NCBI RefSeq assembly: GCF_009914755.1
Contig: NC_060925.1
Origin: the human T2T-CHM13v2.0 reference genome, Homo sapiens
Length of the DNA: 64,000 bases
Reading direction: 5' to 3' (one strand)
Each line of letters starts with the position of its first letter. Positions within the stretch are counted from its first letter, which is position 1. This document shows, in pieces, positions 1-13,956 of the stretch. The position numbers and the translations under genes were made by a program. Under the pieces are notes generated by a model that worked only from the letters and a program-made list of their open reading frames with translations, was not told the DNA's origin and did no database searches.

Positions 1-260
1 TAATTAATTTAATTTACATTGTTGGCTGATGAAATGCCACAAATAACCACAACATTGAACACTCTTCCGTGTTCTCCTTTAAAAAATGCTCTGGTATTTA
101 CAGGAGCCAGCATGGCTGCTAATTTTCTGGTTTCCCCTGGAGAAAATTGAAACAGGGTTTGTACGGTTAAAAGAGAAGCCATAAGCCAGAGGGAGGTGGG
201 TCAAGGTCACCACGAAGACTTCCTCCAAGTTCAGATGTGGTCTCCTAACAAGTTCCTCAA

Positions 261-621
261 TGATATTGTTTGGCTCTGTGTCCTCACCCAAATTTCATTT
301 TGAATTGTCATCCCCATATGTTGAGGGAGGGACCTGGTGGGAGGTGATTAGATCACGGGGGCGGTTTCCTTCATGCTGTTCTCCTGATAGTGAGTGAGTT
401 CTCACGAGATCAAATGGTTTAAAATTACAGCACTTCCTTCTTTGCTTACTCTCCTGCCATCTTGTAAAGAAGGTGCTTGCTTCCCCTTCACCTTCCACTA
501 TGAAGGCCACTATGTGGCCTCCCCAGCCATGTGGAACTGTGAGTCAATTAAACTTCCTTTCTTTATAAATTACCCAGTGTCAGGTAGTATCTTTATAGCC
601 GTGTGAGAGCGAACTAATACA
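261..621 (+). mobile_element. THE1D-like solo LTR (MaLR)
   Basis: Begins TGATATTGTTTGGCTCTGTGTCC and ends ...GAACTAATACA as in the THE1 consensus; perfect 5-bp TSD CTCAA (256-260 and 622-626). Confidence 0.92.
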
Positions 622-1299
622 CTCAACCAGTTAGTGAATGAGAAATACCATGAGATTTGAAGGAAACTAAGAAAGCAGAATTAGTTGAGTATTTCTTAAA
701 GACTATTTTCCATATATCTGAAAGTATGCTAGGTGTTATATCAGAGCTGTTACTTATCATTCTATGTGACCCTGGCCAAATTACTTTTCTCTTTGACATT
801 TAGTTGTTCCCATCTGTGAAATGTGGGGTTAGGCTTCAATGGTTTCTCTGAGTTTCCGTCTGGAACCTTGATGATTCTCTAAATTAGAGTCACACTCCTC
901 AAGAATCTCAGAGTTACACAAAATTAATAAGACCAGCATACCTAAGCTGATTAACTAAATTAACAATAAAACTAAAAGCATTAGAGGAATGACTCTGTGT
1001 ACTGCACACTCCGATGCACTGCACACCATAGTCTCTATCACTTTATTATCAGTCACACTCTCCATCCATAATCCCATTCCCTACTCAAAGCAATCCTATG
1101 GCATGGGTTTCATAGCACAGATGAAGAAACCAATGCTCAGAGTACTTGAGAGAGTTAAGATTACAGAGGTGGGATGCAGTGAAGGTTGGAATAGAGTTTA
1201 TGTCTTACTGCCTTCAGTACCTGACTCCTAACCACTGCCCCATATTGCCAATAACAATAACAGGGAAGTGTCCCCAAGGTCTGTTTTAATTCCGGCATG

Positions 1300-1520
1300 A
1301 AGATAGTGCAGTATAAGAGGAAGACCAAAAGACTGTAATCAGATGGCCCTGGGAATTTATCTTAGCACTGCCATGTGGCACCTGTGTATTGTTGGGATAT
1401 CCAGGCCTATTTCTTCATCTGTAAAATGGGGATATCAATATTCACCTAATAGTGTTGTAGTGAGGCATAAGATAATATCAAGTGCTTTGGCACAATGCCT
1501 GTCACATGGTACATAAATAG
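1300..1520 (+). mobile_element. MIR SINE relic
   Basis: Core TTCTTCATCTGTAAAATGGGGATA followed by the MIR 3' tail (TGGCACAATGCCTGTCACATGG); boundaries approximate. Confidence 0.8.
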
Positions 1521-2229
1521 GAGGTTTATTTATTTATTTATTTTTCTTGTCATCCTCCTTCTTTCCCGTAGTCTTATTTCTTTCAGGGTCTGACCAATTT
1601 CTTTCCAGTTTTCTCCTTGTCTTACTGGTGTCTGGTTTGTCTATAGAGGTTTTAAATATTTAAAGGTCACCATTCAGTCAAAGTAGGAAAATCACCCTCT
1701 CATATTTGAAACACACCTTGTATCACTTGCACTGGCCCTGGGCCAGGCTCAGAGGGTCCTGATTAGCATATGCCATCTCCCTTTAAGGGAGAGAAAGTGA
1801 GAGATAGGCATCTGCAAATTGCAGTCCTTCATTAGCCTGTCTGCTGATATTGATGTTATAATTTTCTAGTCAACTTTTTTCCTACCCAGCCCTCCCTTGG
1901 CTCTTGATTTCTGACCTGCAGCCACCCTCTCTTCCCAGTCAGCTTCCTCAAGCAACTCCATCTTGTCAAATGTGGCCAGTCATGTCTGGTGATGCCATAA
2001 GCAAAGGATATGCTTATGAAGGCAAGAAAATTGAATGACTGATCTAATTCCTGCCGCTGGAGATCACACCCTACCAGTGATACGGTTGCCTGCAGTTGAA
2101 AAATGCAGCATCTTTGGATGTATACAGAGAAGCAAACTATAAAAAAAGAACTTAAATAAATTCAGAAGAAAAGGTGGATCTGATAAATAAGAATCTACTC
2201 TGTGCCAGACTTAATTTTCACCAAAAACA

Positions 2230-2467
2230 TAGTTTACACTTAGTATGCACCAAGTACTATTGTAGCACTTTAAAAATATTAACTCATGAAATCCTCACAA
2301 GCACCTTAAGAAATAGGATGATAGGATTAATGTCTTCATCTTACAAATGAGGATACTGAGCACAGAGAGGTTGTCATTTCCTCAAGGCCACACCAGTAGT
2401 AAGTAACAGAGGAAGGAAAGAGCCCAGGCTATCTGAGTTCTGAATCCAGGCTCTTAGCCACTATGTT
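2230..2467 (-). mobile_element. MIR SINE relic
   Basis: Antisense core CATCTTACAAATGAGGATACTGAGCACAGAGAGGTT...CTCTTAGCCACTATG. Confidence 0.8.
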
Positions 2468-2970
2468 GAGCTGCTTCTAGGTTGAGGGGCAGCAGGAGCT
2501 TCTTAGGAAATGGGACCAGGGCCAGTAGCTGGTCACCTGCAGCAGAAGTGAGTGAGTATACTAGAGAGTGGCTCCTAGTGAGGAGCGTTCGACATGCTGT
2601 GGGCATCCATCTATGTGCTTTGTGGAAGGAGGGTAGAGTGTTGATTAATCTGGCCAGTTGGTTAAGGCAGTAGACTGTTAAGATCTGAACTCCTATGTTA
2701 TTGCCATTATGATTCCCATTACAAAGATGAAGACACCAAACACAGAGAAGATACATAACTTGTCCAAGGCAGGATTTTAAACCAGAGCTATTTTATACCT
2801 TAGCCCACTCTCTTCCAAAGGCTCTCAGTGGCATGAAGTCTCTCCAAACCAGGTCAGTGTTGATGTGCAGAACTTCAAGAACCAACTTTGCCTTCCTAAC
2901 ACACAGACAATGTGACCATTTCTCATCAGTGTTGTCTCAAAAGAATAGGCACAACATCCAGAAAGCAGGG

Positions 2971-3015
2971 AGCAATTCACACTTTATGTAAAGCAATTCA
3001 CACTTTATGTAAAGC
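2971..3015. repeat. Perfect 21-bp tandem duplication
   Basis: AGCAATTCACACTTTATGTAA twice (2971-2991, 2992-3012), plus AGC. Confidence 0.95.
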
Positions 3016-5045
3016 CCACAGAAGTAAGTATACTATACACAGAACAAGTACTCAGAGTTGAGTTCTGCTGAACTTAGTGCTAAGTCATCTTAGAATATAG
3101 AGTCATATGCTCTAGCTCCATGATGAAGCTGGAAAAGGGCAGTCATAAGAATAAAAAAACACCTCTAAGGAGACAGAAGACATACCTGGGTTATTCCAGT
3201 AGCTTCAGTCACAAATACTTGGCGTATACACTACCACTTGCCTCTCTTGTGCCCTTAAAAGGCTTGAATAATAAACACAATGCTGTCATCATGACTTAAG
3301 CTTAGCACCCTCTCAAACTTCTCAACACGGTATTCCCAGCAGTGAATACCCATTGATTAGATAAGGAATGTGAGAGTGAAGCCTATTTTTCATCTCTGGA
3401 TAGCCTGAGAAGTGGTCCCAATGAGTTTATCCAATCTCATGTCCAATGTGATATAATACATAATATCTTTGCATAATTTTGCAATGTCATTTCACACCTG
3501 CCTTTCCAATTGAGGGGATTGGAGCACTCATACGTGACTGATGGGCAAGAAAGAGTTCTCTAGAAGGAGAAAGGGGAGAACAATGGGCCTGCCAGGTGGC
3601 ACTGACATATGAAGCAAAATGATGGGTTTGAGGCTACACTGAGCAGGAGTAGCTTTGGGCCTGTGGGACTCAGATCATCTGAGTTATCTGTCCCACGCCC
3701 TAAATCTCCCCAACTGAGAGAAGCACAGTTAACCCACCACTCCAAGGTATCCAAGACAACCTTGTCAGAGGGATCATTTCAGTGCACTCTGTGAGTATGT
3801 TGCTCCCATCTCCAAAAGCTTTCAATGGCTGTTCATGGCCTGCTGGATAAAAACCAAGCTCTTTACTCTACCACTGATATTGCAATCTTAGTTGCCCAAT
3901 TCTCAGCTCCCAGGCCCTCCAAATTTAATTCTAGTCAACTTGTCTAATTTTCTAGTCAACTTTTTGACTAGAAAACTTTTTTTCATTTAAATTCCATAGC
4001 TAAAGTAGACTTGAAGCTTCCAAATGAGCTGTGTGACCACGGGCAAGTTTCTTAAACTCTCTGTTCTTTGCTTACTTCACTTAGAAATATCACTTGGCTC
4101 TGTCTGAATACATGCTCAACAAATGTCAGCTATTACATGTATTTTTAGTTCTATGTACTCATATGAATGTTTTTTCTGATACGCCTGTTTATGAATGCAT
4201 GCCTGTTTCACAGCCTTATGCCATTTGTCTGTGCTTGTTTGCTTCTGTCTCTGTCTTATGCTCTCAAACCCTATACCAAATCCAAAAAGAGTATTTTATC
4301 CTTCACGAAGACAACTTTGGGTTTGCAGGACAGAGCCTTCTCTCAGGCTAGCTTGGCTAGTGCAAAGCTTTTCTCACAATCACTGGGAATTCTCTGCATT
4401 CACAGACAAATGGCAGGAGTGGAGATGTGGAAAGCCTTCAGTCATCAAAGCAGTTTTGTTTTCTTTTCCCCCAAGCCCTTGTCCCTGGCTTCTCTTATCC
4501 TTAGTTCCTATATGCAGATATGTGGTGCTCCCAATTAGCTGATTGTGGCTACATTTTTCTGGAGGATAAACCCACATGGCTTTTTTTTGTTTCTACTGCT
4601 CTCAGGGTTCTGTTAGGAATGTTATTGATTGGCCCTTTTTGATTTCCAGCTTGTAGGAGTTTGTTAAAATGGCAGATGAGTGAAGCAAAAACTATTGTGG
4701 GCTTCATTCTATTTCAGCTAGTAGCATTTCATATTCAAGAAAAAAACCTGTAACTATTTTCAATTCCAATTTTAGTTTAGTCTTTCTTTCTGCCTGTTTT
4801 TCTGCTTCAATCCTGTCAAAATAAAAGCTGAAGATTAGCTAGGAAGGAAACGCAGAACGTTTATAGCTATGAATCAGAGACAAGGGTAAGTGAACTTCCT
4901 GCTGATGGATGGACAAGCCGGGGTAGTAATTGTTGGTGGTAGTTCATTCTTGATTTTAAATGTAGGATCATTCTGATTTGCATTCTGTTTTCACTTACAC
5001 TTTCAAATTCTCTGGGCAGGAGCTGTTGCGGATCAAGATGGTGCA

Positions 5046-5195
5046 GGAGGAAGAAAGAAAGGAAGGGAGGGAGGGAGGGAAAAAGGAAGGAAGGAAGGAA
5101 CGAAGGAAGGGAGGGAGGGAGGGAGGGAGGAAGGAAGGAAGGAAGAGAGGGGAGGGGAGGGGAAGGGAGGGAAGGGAGGGAGGCAAGAAGAAAGG
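5046..5195. repeat. Polypurine GGAA/GGGA low-complexity tract
   Basis: About 150 bp almost entirely A/G; (GGAA)4 at 5085-5100. Confidence 0.95.
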
Positions 5196-5994
5196 GACAG
5201 AGGAAGTCCTCAGAGGGAGAGATCCTGCCCTTAGTCACTGGGAAAATTGACAGATGTAGCAGATTGCTTTGTCTTACCGATTCCTTTGCCTTGCTCCTCC
5301 CTGGAGAATGCCTATTAACTTTTGCATGCTCCCTGCATCAAACCAGGAGTGAAATTCTGAAATGAGTGAGTTTGGTAATTTCAATAAAAATCAGAAGCTT
5401 AATGGGAAATAGTCATGTTACAAATTGCACAGCCTTTGGTCATCTTGTGGGCTCCCTTCTCCCCCAGGAGGCCTATTCTTTCTCTTTGTCTGAGCTCCCA
5501 TCCTAAGAACTTCTGCCATGAGCAGACCTCTCTGAGAATGCAGCCCAGCCTCCTGCTGGTCAAGAAAGAAGAAGGGGAGCAGCTCTACCAAGCTTGCCTG
5601 CTTCCCTTAATTCTCCTACTGCCCCATCTCCCTGGAATTCTGGAGGGTGACTATCCCCCACTCCTTAGTGCCACCTATGTGGCACAGTGTCTGCCACATA
5701 GGTGCTGCTCATTAAATGATGAAGGAATCAATACACAGATGAATGAATGCAAGCAAGCTATCCACTACTGTAAGACTACCCAAGTACAAGTTAGCCAAGT
5801 AACTGATACAAGGTAGAAAGTGCTAGGTGCAGTCAAAGAAATGTAAACTCGGTGCCAGGAGAGACAGCATAGTACAGTGGTCAAGTACAAGGGCTGTGGC
5901 CTAATACAAACCCGGGTGTGGTTCCCGACCCATCATTTACTAGCCATGGGCTAGTTTCCCTCAACTTGGGAAAGCGATAACAATAATAACACTA

Positions 5995-6389
5995 TGAACC
6001 ATGACATACCTATTTTCCTATCTCTATGTTTAACAATTCTGAAATCATGCAGGAACGATTACTTGCTCCCCAAATACTTGCTTTTGGAAGATAAAAAATG
6101 AGAACAAATTAAAATAGCTTATCAAGACTCACAGCATTCTCTCCAAGACTCACATGAGAATCCTCACCTCGCTGGGCCCACCAACCCGGAGTCGTGATGG
6201 TGTATACTCTGCTCAATCCCAGCCAGTTCTCCAGGCCCTAAAACTTCATACCTGCCTTCCCCTGACCTTCCCCTTCAGAGATACTACTTATACTCGGCTA
6301 AGGTGGTGCTCTCCTTGCAACAGTAGTTTCATTAACATAGCTTTGCTTAATCAGCAGGTGTTTCTGATGGTCTTTGTGGGGATCTGACA
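5995..6389 (+). mobile_element. Probable old ERV LTR (family uncertain)
   Basis: LTR-like 3' end (ATAGCTTTGCTTAATCAGCAGGTGTTTCTGATGGTCTTTGTGGGGATCTGACA) interrupting a MIR; family not confidently recognised. Confidence 0.4.
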
Positions 6390-6539
6390 GCTGACACTAC
6401 TTCACAGACTACTTGGGAACATTGTATCAGATAAGGAAAGAGAAGCATTTAGTTCAGGGCCTAGCACTTGGTAAATACACTTTAAATAATAATATTATTA
6501 CCATTATGATTAGAGAACAGGCTTATTACATCTAGCTGA

Positions 6540-7370
<831 letters not shown>

Positions 7371-7399
7371 AAAATTATTACCATTGCAGCTAAAGAGTA

Positions 7400-7655
7400 T
7401 TAAGTGTTGAAGTCAGGTGCTGTTCTAAACACTTTATATACTTAACACTTCATGTACATGATCCTCATTTAATACTACAAACAACCTTAATTTCTATTCT
7501 TATTAAACATCTTCATTTTGTTGATGGGGAGAATTAAGCCGCAAAGAAGTTAAGTAACTTGCTGAGAATCATGTAGCTCAAAAGTGACAGCATCAGTATT
7601 TGAACCCAGGCAACCTGGCTGCCAAGTTCACTGTCTTAGTCACTACTGTAAACTA
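7400..7655 (-). mobile_element. MIR SINE relic
   Basis: GTTAAGTAACTTGCTGAGAATCATGTAGCT...TTTGAACCCAGGCA...CTTAGTCACTAC. Confidence 0.75.
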
Positions 7656-8460
7656 CCTCTGATGGGATCAGATTTCTGTTTGAGAATGATCATTCTGGCA
7701 GCAAAGGGATAAGGAAAACCAGGGCTAAAACTGGACGCATAAGCTAAAAATGGATAGTGGATCTTATCCAAAGGAGTGCTCTGTAGGTTTTAAAAAACGA
7801 AGTGACCAGTTGAGTGTGAATTTATGAAAAGAACACTAAGGCAGCCATGAGCAAGAATGATGGCGAGAAACAATGTGGAACCAGAAAGACCAGCGAGTCA
7901 GAGACCATTGAAATACTCTTGGCTAGAGGTGACTGCAGCTGCAATTCAACTTTGAAATCCAGAAAAGGAAGTGCCCAGACTCTCATTATTCCAAAATATT
8001 TACTTACATCTCACACTAAAATTAAGCTATGGGACAGGAAGTTCAAGCCAGCACATGGGCACTGCTATTTTCAAGAGATGTCAGGCAGGCCTAACTGCTC
8101 CACTGAGAAGTTTCCTAACCATAATTGATGTGTTAAAGCTCAGCAGCTGTTTACACAACTTTGTGGGCACCCACAGGAATAGCAGTCGGTGGCGAGTGCT
8201 GCTAAGTGATGGCATGCATTAGACTAAGCCTGTGCGTCACCTGTTCCTTCACATCTTATTACCTGGCTATTAGATGGCACATCTGTAATCCGCTGCAATC
8301 ACAGGTAGGCCAGGCAGGGATGGCAACGTGATCATGATGAATGGGATTCTGTCTGTATCACTGGGAATGTTCCATAAATGGCTTCTGGATCCTGGAGCCA
8401 CTTTCATAATTTATTGAGAGATAAATCTTGCTGCACATCTCTAGAGACAGTAGACAATCT

Positions 8461-8604
8461 CACTTTCTCTCTCCTCTTCTCTTTCTCCTTTCTCTCTTTT
8501 TCTCTGTTTCTCACCCTCTTCTGCTTCCTTCCTTCTCTCCTTCCTTCCTTCCTTCCTTCCTTCCTTCCTCTCTTCCTCTCTCCCCTTCTCTCCCTCTGTC
8601 TCTC
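8461..8604. repeat. CT-rich tract with (TTCC)7
   Basis: Polypyrimidine run; (TTCC)7 at 8541-8568. Confidence 0.95.
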
Positions 8605-9122
8605 ATAATGGAGTGTGGTTGGAAAATCCTGCTTAATTCCTACATTTAACTCTTAAGTGCCACCTTTTCACAATATCTGGCTCAGCAAATCACAGAGATG
8701 CAGATAAATAAGGACCAGACAAGTTTCATTTTCAAGGCTGGGAGTAGGGTGGAGGAGGGTGTCAGACAGATGTAGGAGGAAGAAAGTGGGCCTCATAAGC
8801 TATGGTTCTTGAAGTCTCCTGCCCAGTGTTCAGCAGGAGCATTTCTAAAAACTGTTTGTCCAGGGACTTCCTTTCTTATAGAGAAGTTAATGATATTGAT
8901 GGTCTACCAAAGACACTTTAGAAAACCCTGACCTACCGGATGTTGTCTGGGCTCAAAGGTGACCTCTGTGTGCTGCAAAGAGATTGTATCAGAAGAGATA
9001 TGCATGTGCCTGTTTTTTTCTGCATTAAAACCAAAGTCTGTTCTGCTTAGTTTGGTTAGTTCACAAACTTAGCTTAGCAAATACAATATTGGACATGAAG
9101 TATAGTTAAAAGAACACCCCCT

Positions 9123-9429
9123 GGCCGGGTGCGGTGGCTCACGCCTGTAATCCCAGCACTTTGGGAGGCCACGGCAGGCAGATCATGAGGTCAGGAGATC
9201 GAGACCATCCTGGCTAACACGGTGAAACCCCGGCTCTACTAAAAATACAAAAAAATTAGCCCAGCGTGGTGGCGGGCACCTGTAGTTCCAGCTGCTCAGG
9301 AGGCTGAGGCAGGAGAATGGCGTGAACCCGGGAGGCAGAATTTGCAGTGAGCCGAGATCACGTCACCGTACTCCAGCCTGGGCCACAGAGCAAGACTCCG
9401 TCTCAAAAAAAAACAACAACAAAAAAAAA
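9123..9429 (+). mobile_element. AluY-like element
   Basis: Y-type diagnostics (ACCATCCTGGCTAACACGGTGAAACCCC, GAATGGCGTGAACCCGGG); TSD core CACCCCCT on both sides. Confidence 0.95.
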
Positions 9430-10589
9430 CCACCCCCTGAGATGTGATATCAGTGGTTGGGGTGTGAGGAGGTGGTGGGAGCTTTACTGGTAATACACAA
9501 AATGATACTTTAGAATCTATATATCTTCCTGTTGTGGGAAAACTATTTTCAAAAGAAACCAAAATCAAGTAGTTGCTCTTCCTACCTGAAGAAGAAAACT
9601 AGAACACCTTTCTCATCTTCATACCTCATCTTCCACATCTGCAAAATGGGATCAATAATGGCACTCCCATTTCTATAGTGTAAGATTTCCATGAGATGAC
9701 GTATTTGAAACATCATGCCAGGCATGGTAAAAGCCCTGTCAATGTTATTAGCCTGTCTTTTATCTTTTGTTGTAACTAATTATGCTTATGTCGACTTTGT
9801 AGGTGACTCATGTAGTGTTCTCATTGCAGATAATAGCTTTAGGTATTTTCCAGAATTAATGAAGTACCTAATGTATAATTTTACATTTTATTAGAGATGG
9901 AGGACTGGGTTGGGGAACTGTTAAGTTGCAGTAATTCCAATGGGGAAAACCAGGTAAGCACGTATCCACAGAAAATGTGGCTTTAAGGAAGTTTGGTCCT
10001 GCCCTGGTGTGGGGCAACGGTTCCTGTATGAAATGTTATTTGGATGCAGAATGCGCCAGATCTGGCATCCAGAAGCAATGGCTGTGTATGTTCCTCTGCC
10101 GTCCATGCTGGCTACTACTGGAGGCAGCCAGTCCCCCACATCCCTGAGCTCACAGGGTGTCACATATGAGCCCAGCGGCAGGTGATGTGCCTCTAGCAGT
10201 CCGCCCCGCTGCCCGCCACATCCTCTCTGCACTGAAAGGGAGGAAGGATAAGGAGGACTTTGGCCACAGCTGTCCAGGCAAAGGTAAGGAGTTGGGGATA
10301 AGGAACAGGTGGGCACTGGTAGGGGGAGAACTGAGAAGCCACATAAATGACAGAGCAGAGCAGATAAAAGCCTTGTTTACACTACTACCTCACAGAATCT
10401 CCTGGTCTCTAGAAATACATATTTCAGTGGCTCTCCAGAAGACAGAGAATGGCATGCTGGCAGGCAGGGGACAAGTAGCTGATTTATCCCTGCCTGTATT
10501 ATTTCTGCCTTCTGCAAACATTATAATTTCGTCAGCAACAGTGAGGGCAACATCTGTTATTTTCTAAGTGTTTTATATAAGAACCTTAT

Positions 10590-10730
10590 GTCCAGGCATG
10601 GTGGCTCACACCTGTAATCTCAGTGCTTTAAGAGGCTAAGGCCAGAGGATCGCTTGAGGCCAGGAGTTCAATATCAGCCTGGGCACCATAGTGAGACCCC
10701 ATCTCTAAAATAAAATAAAATAAAATAAAA
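10590..10730 (+). mobile_element. Alu left monomer (FLAM_C-like) with (TAAAA)n tail
   Basis: Single arm ending GAGACCCCATCTC then (TAAAA)5. Confidence 0.85.
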
Positions 10731-11589
10731 TCTTATTAAAGGCACTATTATTATCCCTGCTTTTCAAAACAGAGACACAGCACAGTTAAGCTGAATCAGG
10801 TGGCAGCTGGGGAGCCAGGATCTGTGCCCAGGTCTGATAGACATCATTGTCTCTGGTCTTATCTACTATGCTCTGTTATTGGGTTATAAAGCACCAGTCA
10901 TCAAATTCTAATTTCCTCTCAAACTGGGCACCTACTGGGTGTAAGTCAGTGCTCTGAGTTTCAGACAATGCTTGTCATTGGGCAAAAGTGTTCAGGACAA
11001 TGTCACATAGGTGGAGGCCTATATTAACTCACTTAATCTTGTACACAGCCCAGAAAGAGAGAAAACAAGAGGTTCAGGGGCATTAATACACTTGTTCTGT
11101 TAGGATACTGTCATATCTGTAAAACTGTGGAGCAGGAACCTGGAACCAGAGCTGCTGCCTCCAAAGCTCTTAACTCCTGAGCAGCTACTCTCAAATCTCC
11201 CATTAAATCTCCTTAAATTTCCTCCTAGAAGGAGAGAATCAGAAGATGTGTTCAACTAGTCAGAGCGAAGAGGGCAAGAGAACTCTTCCTTTTTTCTCTA
11301 ATTCAAACCAAGTGTAGATGTCTCCAAACTTAAGGGGGCCTGAAGGGGGAGTTTTGGAAGGATACGTAGTCATTATAAACCAAGGTCAGTGGAGGGCCTA
11401 TAGATTTTGGGCATGAGGAGGTAGACATGGTTGTGGAACTTTGAATATTGATCTTTACTTCTCACATGAGGCATTGAACTCCTTCAGGACAAGACTGGGC
11501 TTTCTTCCTCTCTGATCTACAGAATCAAAGTCAGTTCCCATTGTGGTTTGGTAGACAGATAGATGAATAAAAGACTCAGTAAATATCAA

Positions 11590-12317
11590 TTTCACACTGA
11601 TTCAGATGGCTATTACGAAGAAACCCCAGAAAATTATAAGTGTTGGTGAGGATATGGAGAAACTGGAATTCTGGTGCATTACTGATGGGAATGTAAAAGG
11701 GTGCATCCTCTATGGAAAATGATATGGCAGTTCCTCACACAATTAAACATGGAATTAGCATTTGATCCAGTCAGTCCAGTATATACACAAAAGAATTAAA
11801 AACAGGCACTGGAACAGATGCTTGTATACCCATATTCAGAACAGCATTATGCACAGGAACTAAAAGGTGGAAGCAACCCAAATGTCCAGAGATAGATGAA
11901 TGGATAAACAAAATATTGCATAAGCATACAATGAATTACTATTCAGCCTTGAAAAGCAAGGAAATTTTGAGACAAGCTACTACATAGATGAACCATGAAG
12001 ACATAATACTAAGTAAAATAGTCAGTCACATAAGGGCAAATATTGCATGATTCCACTTACATGAGGAAGTAGAATATTAGTCAAACTCATAAAGACAGAC
12101 AGTGGGATGGTGGTTTCCAGGGGACAGGGCCTGGGGGTGGGGAATTATTGTTTAATGAGTACAGAGTATCAGTTAGGGAAGATGAAAAATGTTCTGGAGT
12201 TGGAAGGTGGTGATGGTCACACAACAATGTGAATTCTACAGAACTGTATAATTAAAAATGATCAAAATGTTGTTTTATGCTATGTATATCTTACCACAAT
12301 AAAAAATGAAAAAAAAG
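11590..12317 (+). mobile_element. L1MB-like LINE-1 3' end
   Basis: AAGTGTTGGTGAGGATATGGAGAAACTGGAA, AAGCAACCCAAATGTCCA, GATGAATGGATAAACAAAAT, L1MB-type 3' UTR ending TTACCACAATAAAAAA. Confidence 0.88.
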
Positions 12318-12329
12318 AATTAATAATTA

Positions 12330-12630
12330 GGCCAGATGCAGTGGCTCACACCTGTAAGTAATCCCAACACTTTGGGAGGCCGAGGCAGGTAGATCACCTG
12401 AGGTCAGGAGTTCGAGACCAGCCTGGCCAACGTGGTGAAATCCCGTCTCTACTAAATATACAAAAATTAGCCAGGCATGGTGGTGCATGTCTGTAATCCC
12501 AGTTACTCAGGAGGCTGAGGCATGAGAATCGCTTGAACCCAGGAGGCGGAGGTTGCAGTAAGCCGAGATCACATCACTGCACTCTAACCTGGGTGACAGA
12601 GTGAGATGCTGTCTCAAAAAAAAAAAAAAT
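12330..12630 (+). mobile_element. AluS (Sx/Sz-like)
   Basis: Full dimer with A tail; inserted at the L1 tail; TSD core TAATAATT. Confidence 0.95.
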
Positions 12631-13651
12631 AATAATAATTGATGAGTAAATATCACAAGTACACTCCTTACAGTTTCTTTCAGTCCCTCCTGTTTACTTA
12701 CAATCCGAAACATATGTGTTTGAGAATTATCTTTCCTTCTTCATAATAATATGCATCCGAGCAAGGGACCAACTGCATTTCAGAGCCTCCAGTCTCCAGG
12801 ACTTCATGTGATTTTTAAGATAAGGGTATGGGTAGGGAAGGGCATTCTGGAATGAGAATCCTGTAGTCAATTCCTTTCAGAGGAGGCAGGAGGGCATGCA
12901 GAATAAAGGCACACATAACAAGCCAATCTTGGGAAGAACAGTGGTGGTGGAGTCAGCTGATCTGGTTGAAAATCCCAGGGCAATTATTGTGGGGGTATCA
13001 TGCAGGTCAGGTTAGTTTTTGGCCCTCCATGGCCTCACCTGGAAGATGCAGATGAAAACCTCTGCCCTAGCTACCATTAGGGTGGGGGCAAGTGTGGTAA
13101 AGGAAAGGGGGAAAGTGGGAAGTGCTGTGCACTGAAGGCAAACTCCACTACTGTCGACTGTGCAGTCTAGTGCTGGACCAGGCACGGTAGGGAGAGACGG
13201 CTAAGTGTCAGGATCAGAGCAGCCTGAGCAGGCGGAGAGAGGCTCATCAGTGTTGAGACCAATTGCTACGATTCATCGGGTAAGTGGCACTACTGGAGAG
13301 AGTACTCTTGATTATCAGAAGGAAATAAATCCTCAACCCTCCACCTACTTATGTTCCTTTGCTATTAAATCTGGAGAAAATAAACTCATGGTGCAGGAAG
13401 GTTTACTGATTCCTAAGGACAGTTGCTGGCTTTAAAAATCCATCATCACCTGTGTGTCAGGTTTAGCTGCAGGGCAGGAGAAAAGGGTAGTGAGGAAGAC
13501 TTGTGAGAAATGAGGCTGACTGCTGTCCGGGACAGGACAAAGTGAAGGTAGAAAGCAGGCAGGGAGGCTCCCTCATGGTGCGTCGAACAGGAGAGAGGAG
13601 AGACTGGTCCTGGGTCAATGCAATTACAATAATGACAGATCTCTGGAGGCC

Positions 13652-13811
13652 ACAGCCAGCCACTTCATGTACCTTTATGACTTGTGAAGAAGGAACCTAT
13701 TCTTGGTTTAAGGCTCTGCCATTGTTATTTTGAAATTCATAATAAGTTTTAAGCAAAGGGCCCTGATTTTCCTTTTGCATGGTGCCCTGCAAATTATGTA
13801 GACAGTTCTGT
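13652..13811. mobile_element. MER91-like hAT MITE
   Basis: CTTGGTTTAAGGCTCTGC...TTGAAATTCATAATAAG...GGTGCCCTGCAAATTATGTAG resembles recalled MER91A consensus. Confidence 0.6.
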
Positions 13812-13956
13812 AGAGAGTACAATATGACTAGGTGCCTACTCTTTCCAACAAGTTCTAATCTTGTCAGGAAAACAAGAGCTATATACCAAGGACTTGGATT
13901 AAGGAACGAAAAGACAGAGAGGGGAAAAAGTGAAGATAAGGAAATCAACCACTGAA

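Noticed and set aside
3585-3605. CTCF-like motif CTGCCAGGTGGCAC (weaker ones near 8270 and 14660)
   Set aside because: Mismatch at a near-invariant core position; cannot be supported without ChIP data
4867-5250. ORFs of 63-123 aa over the GGAA/GGGA tract (similarly 8378-8649, 41234-41734)
   Set aside because: Open only because low-complexity purine/pyrimidine repeats lack stop codons
10706-10730. (TAAAA)5 Alu tail resembling ATTTT/ATTTC disease loci
   Set aside because: Very short and common; no variant motif and no locus identification
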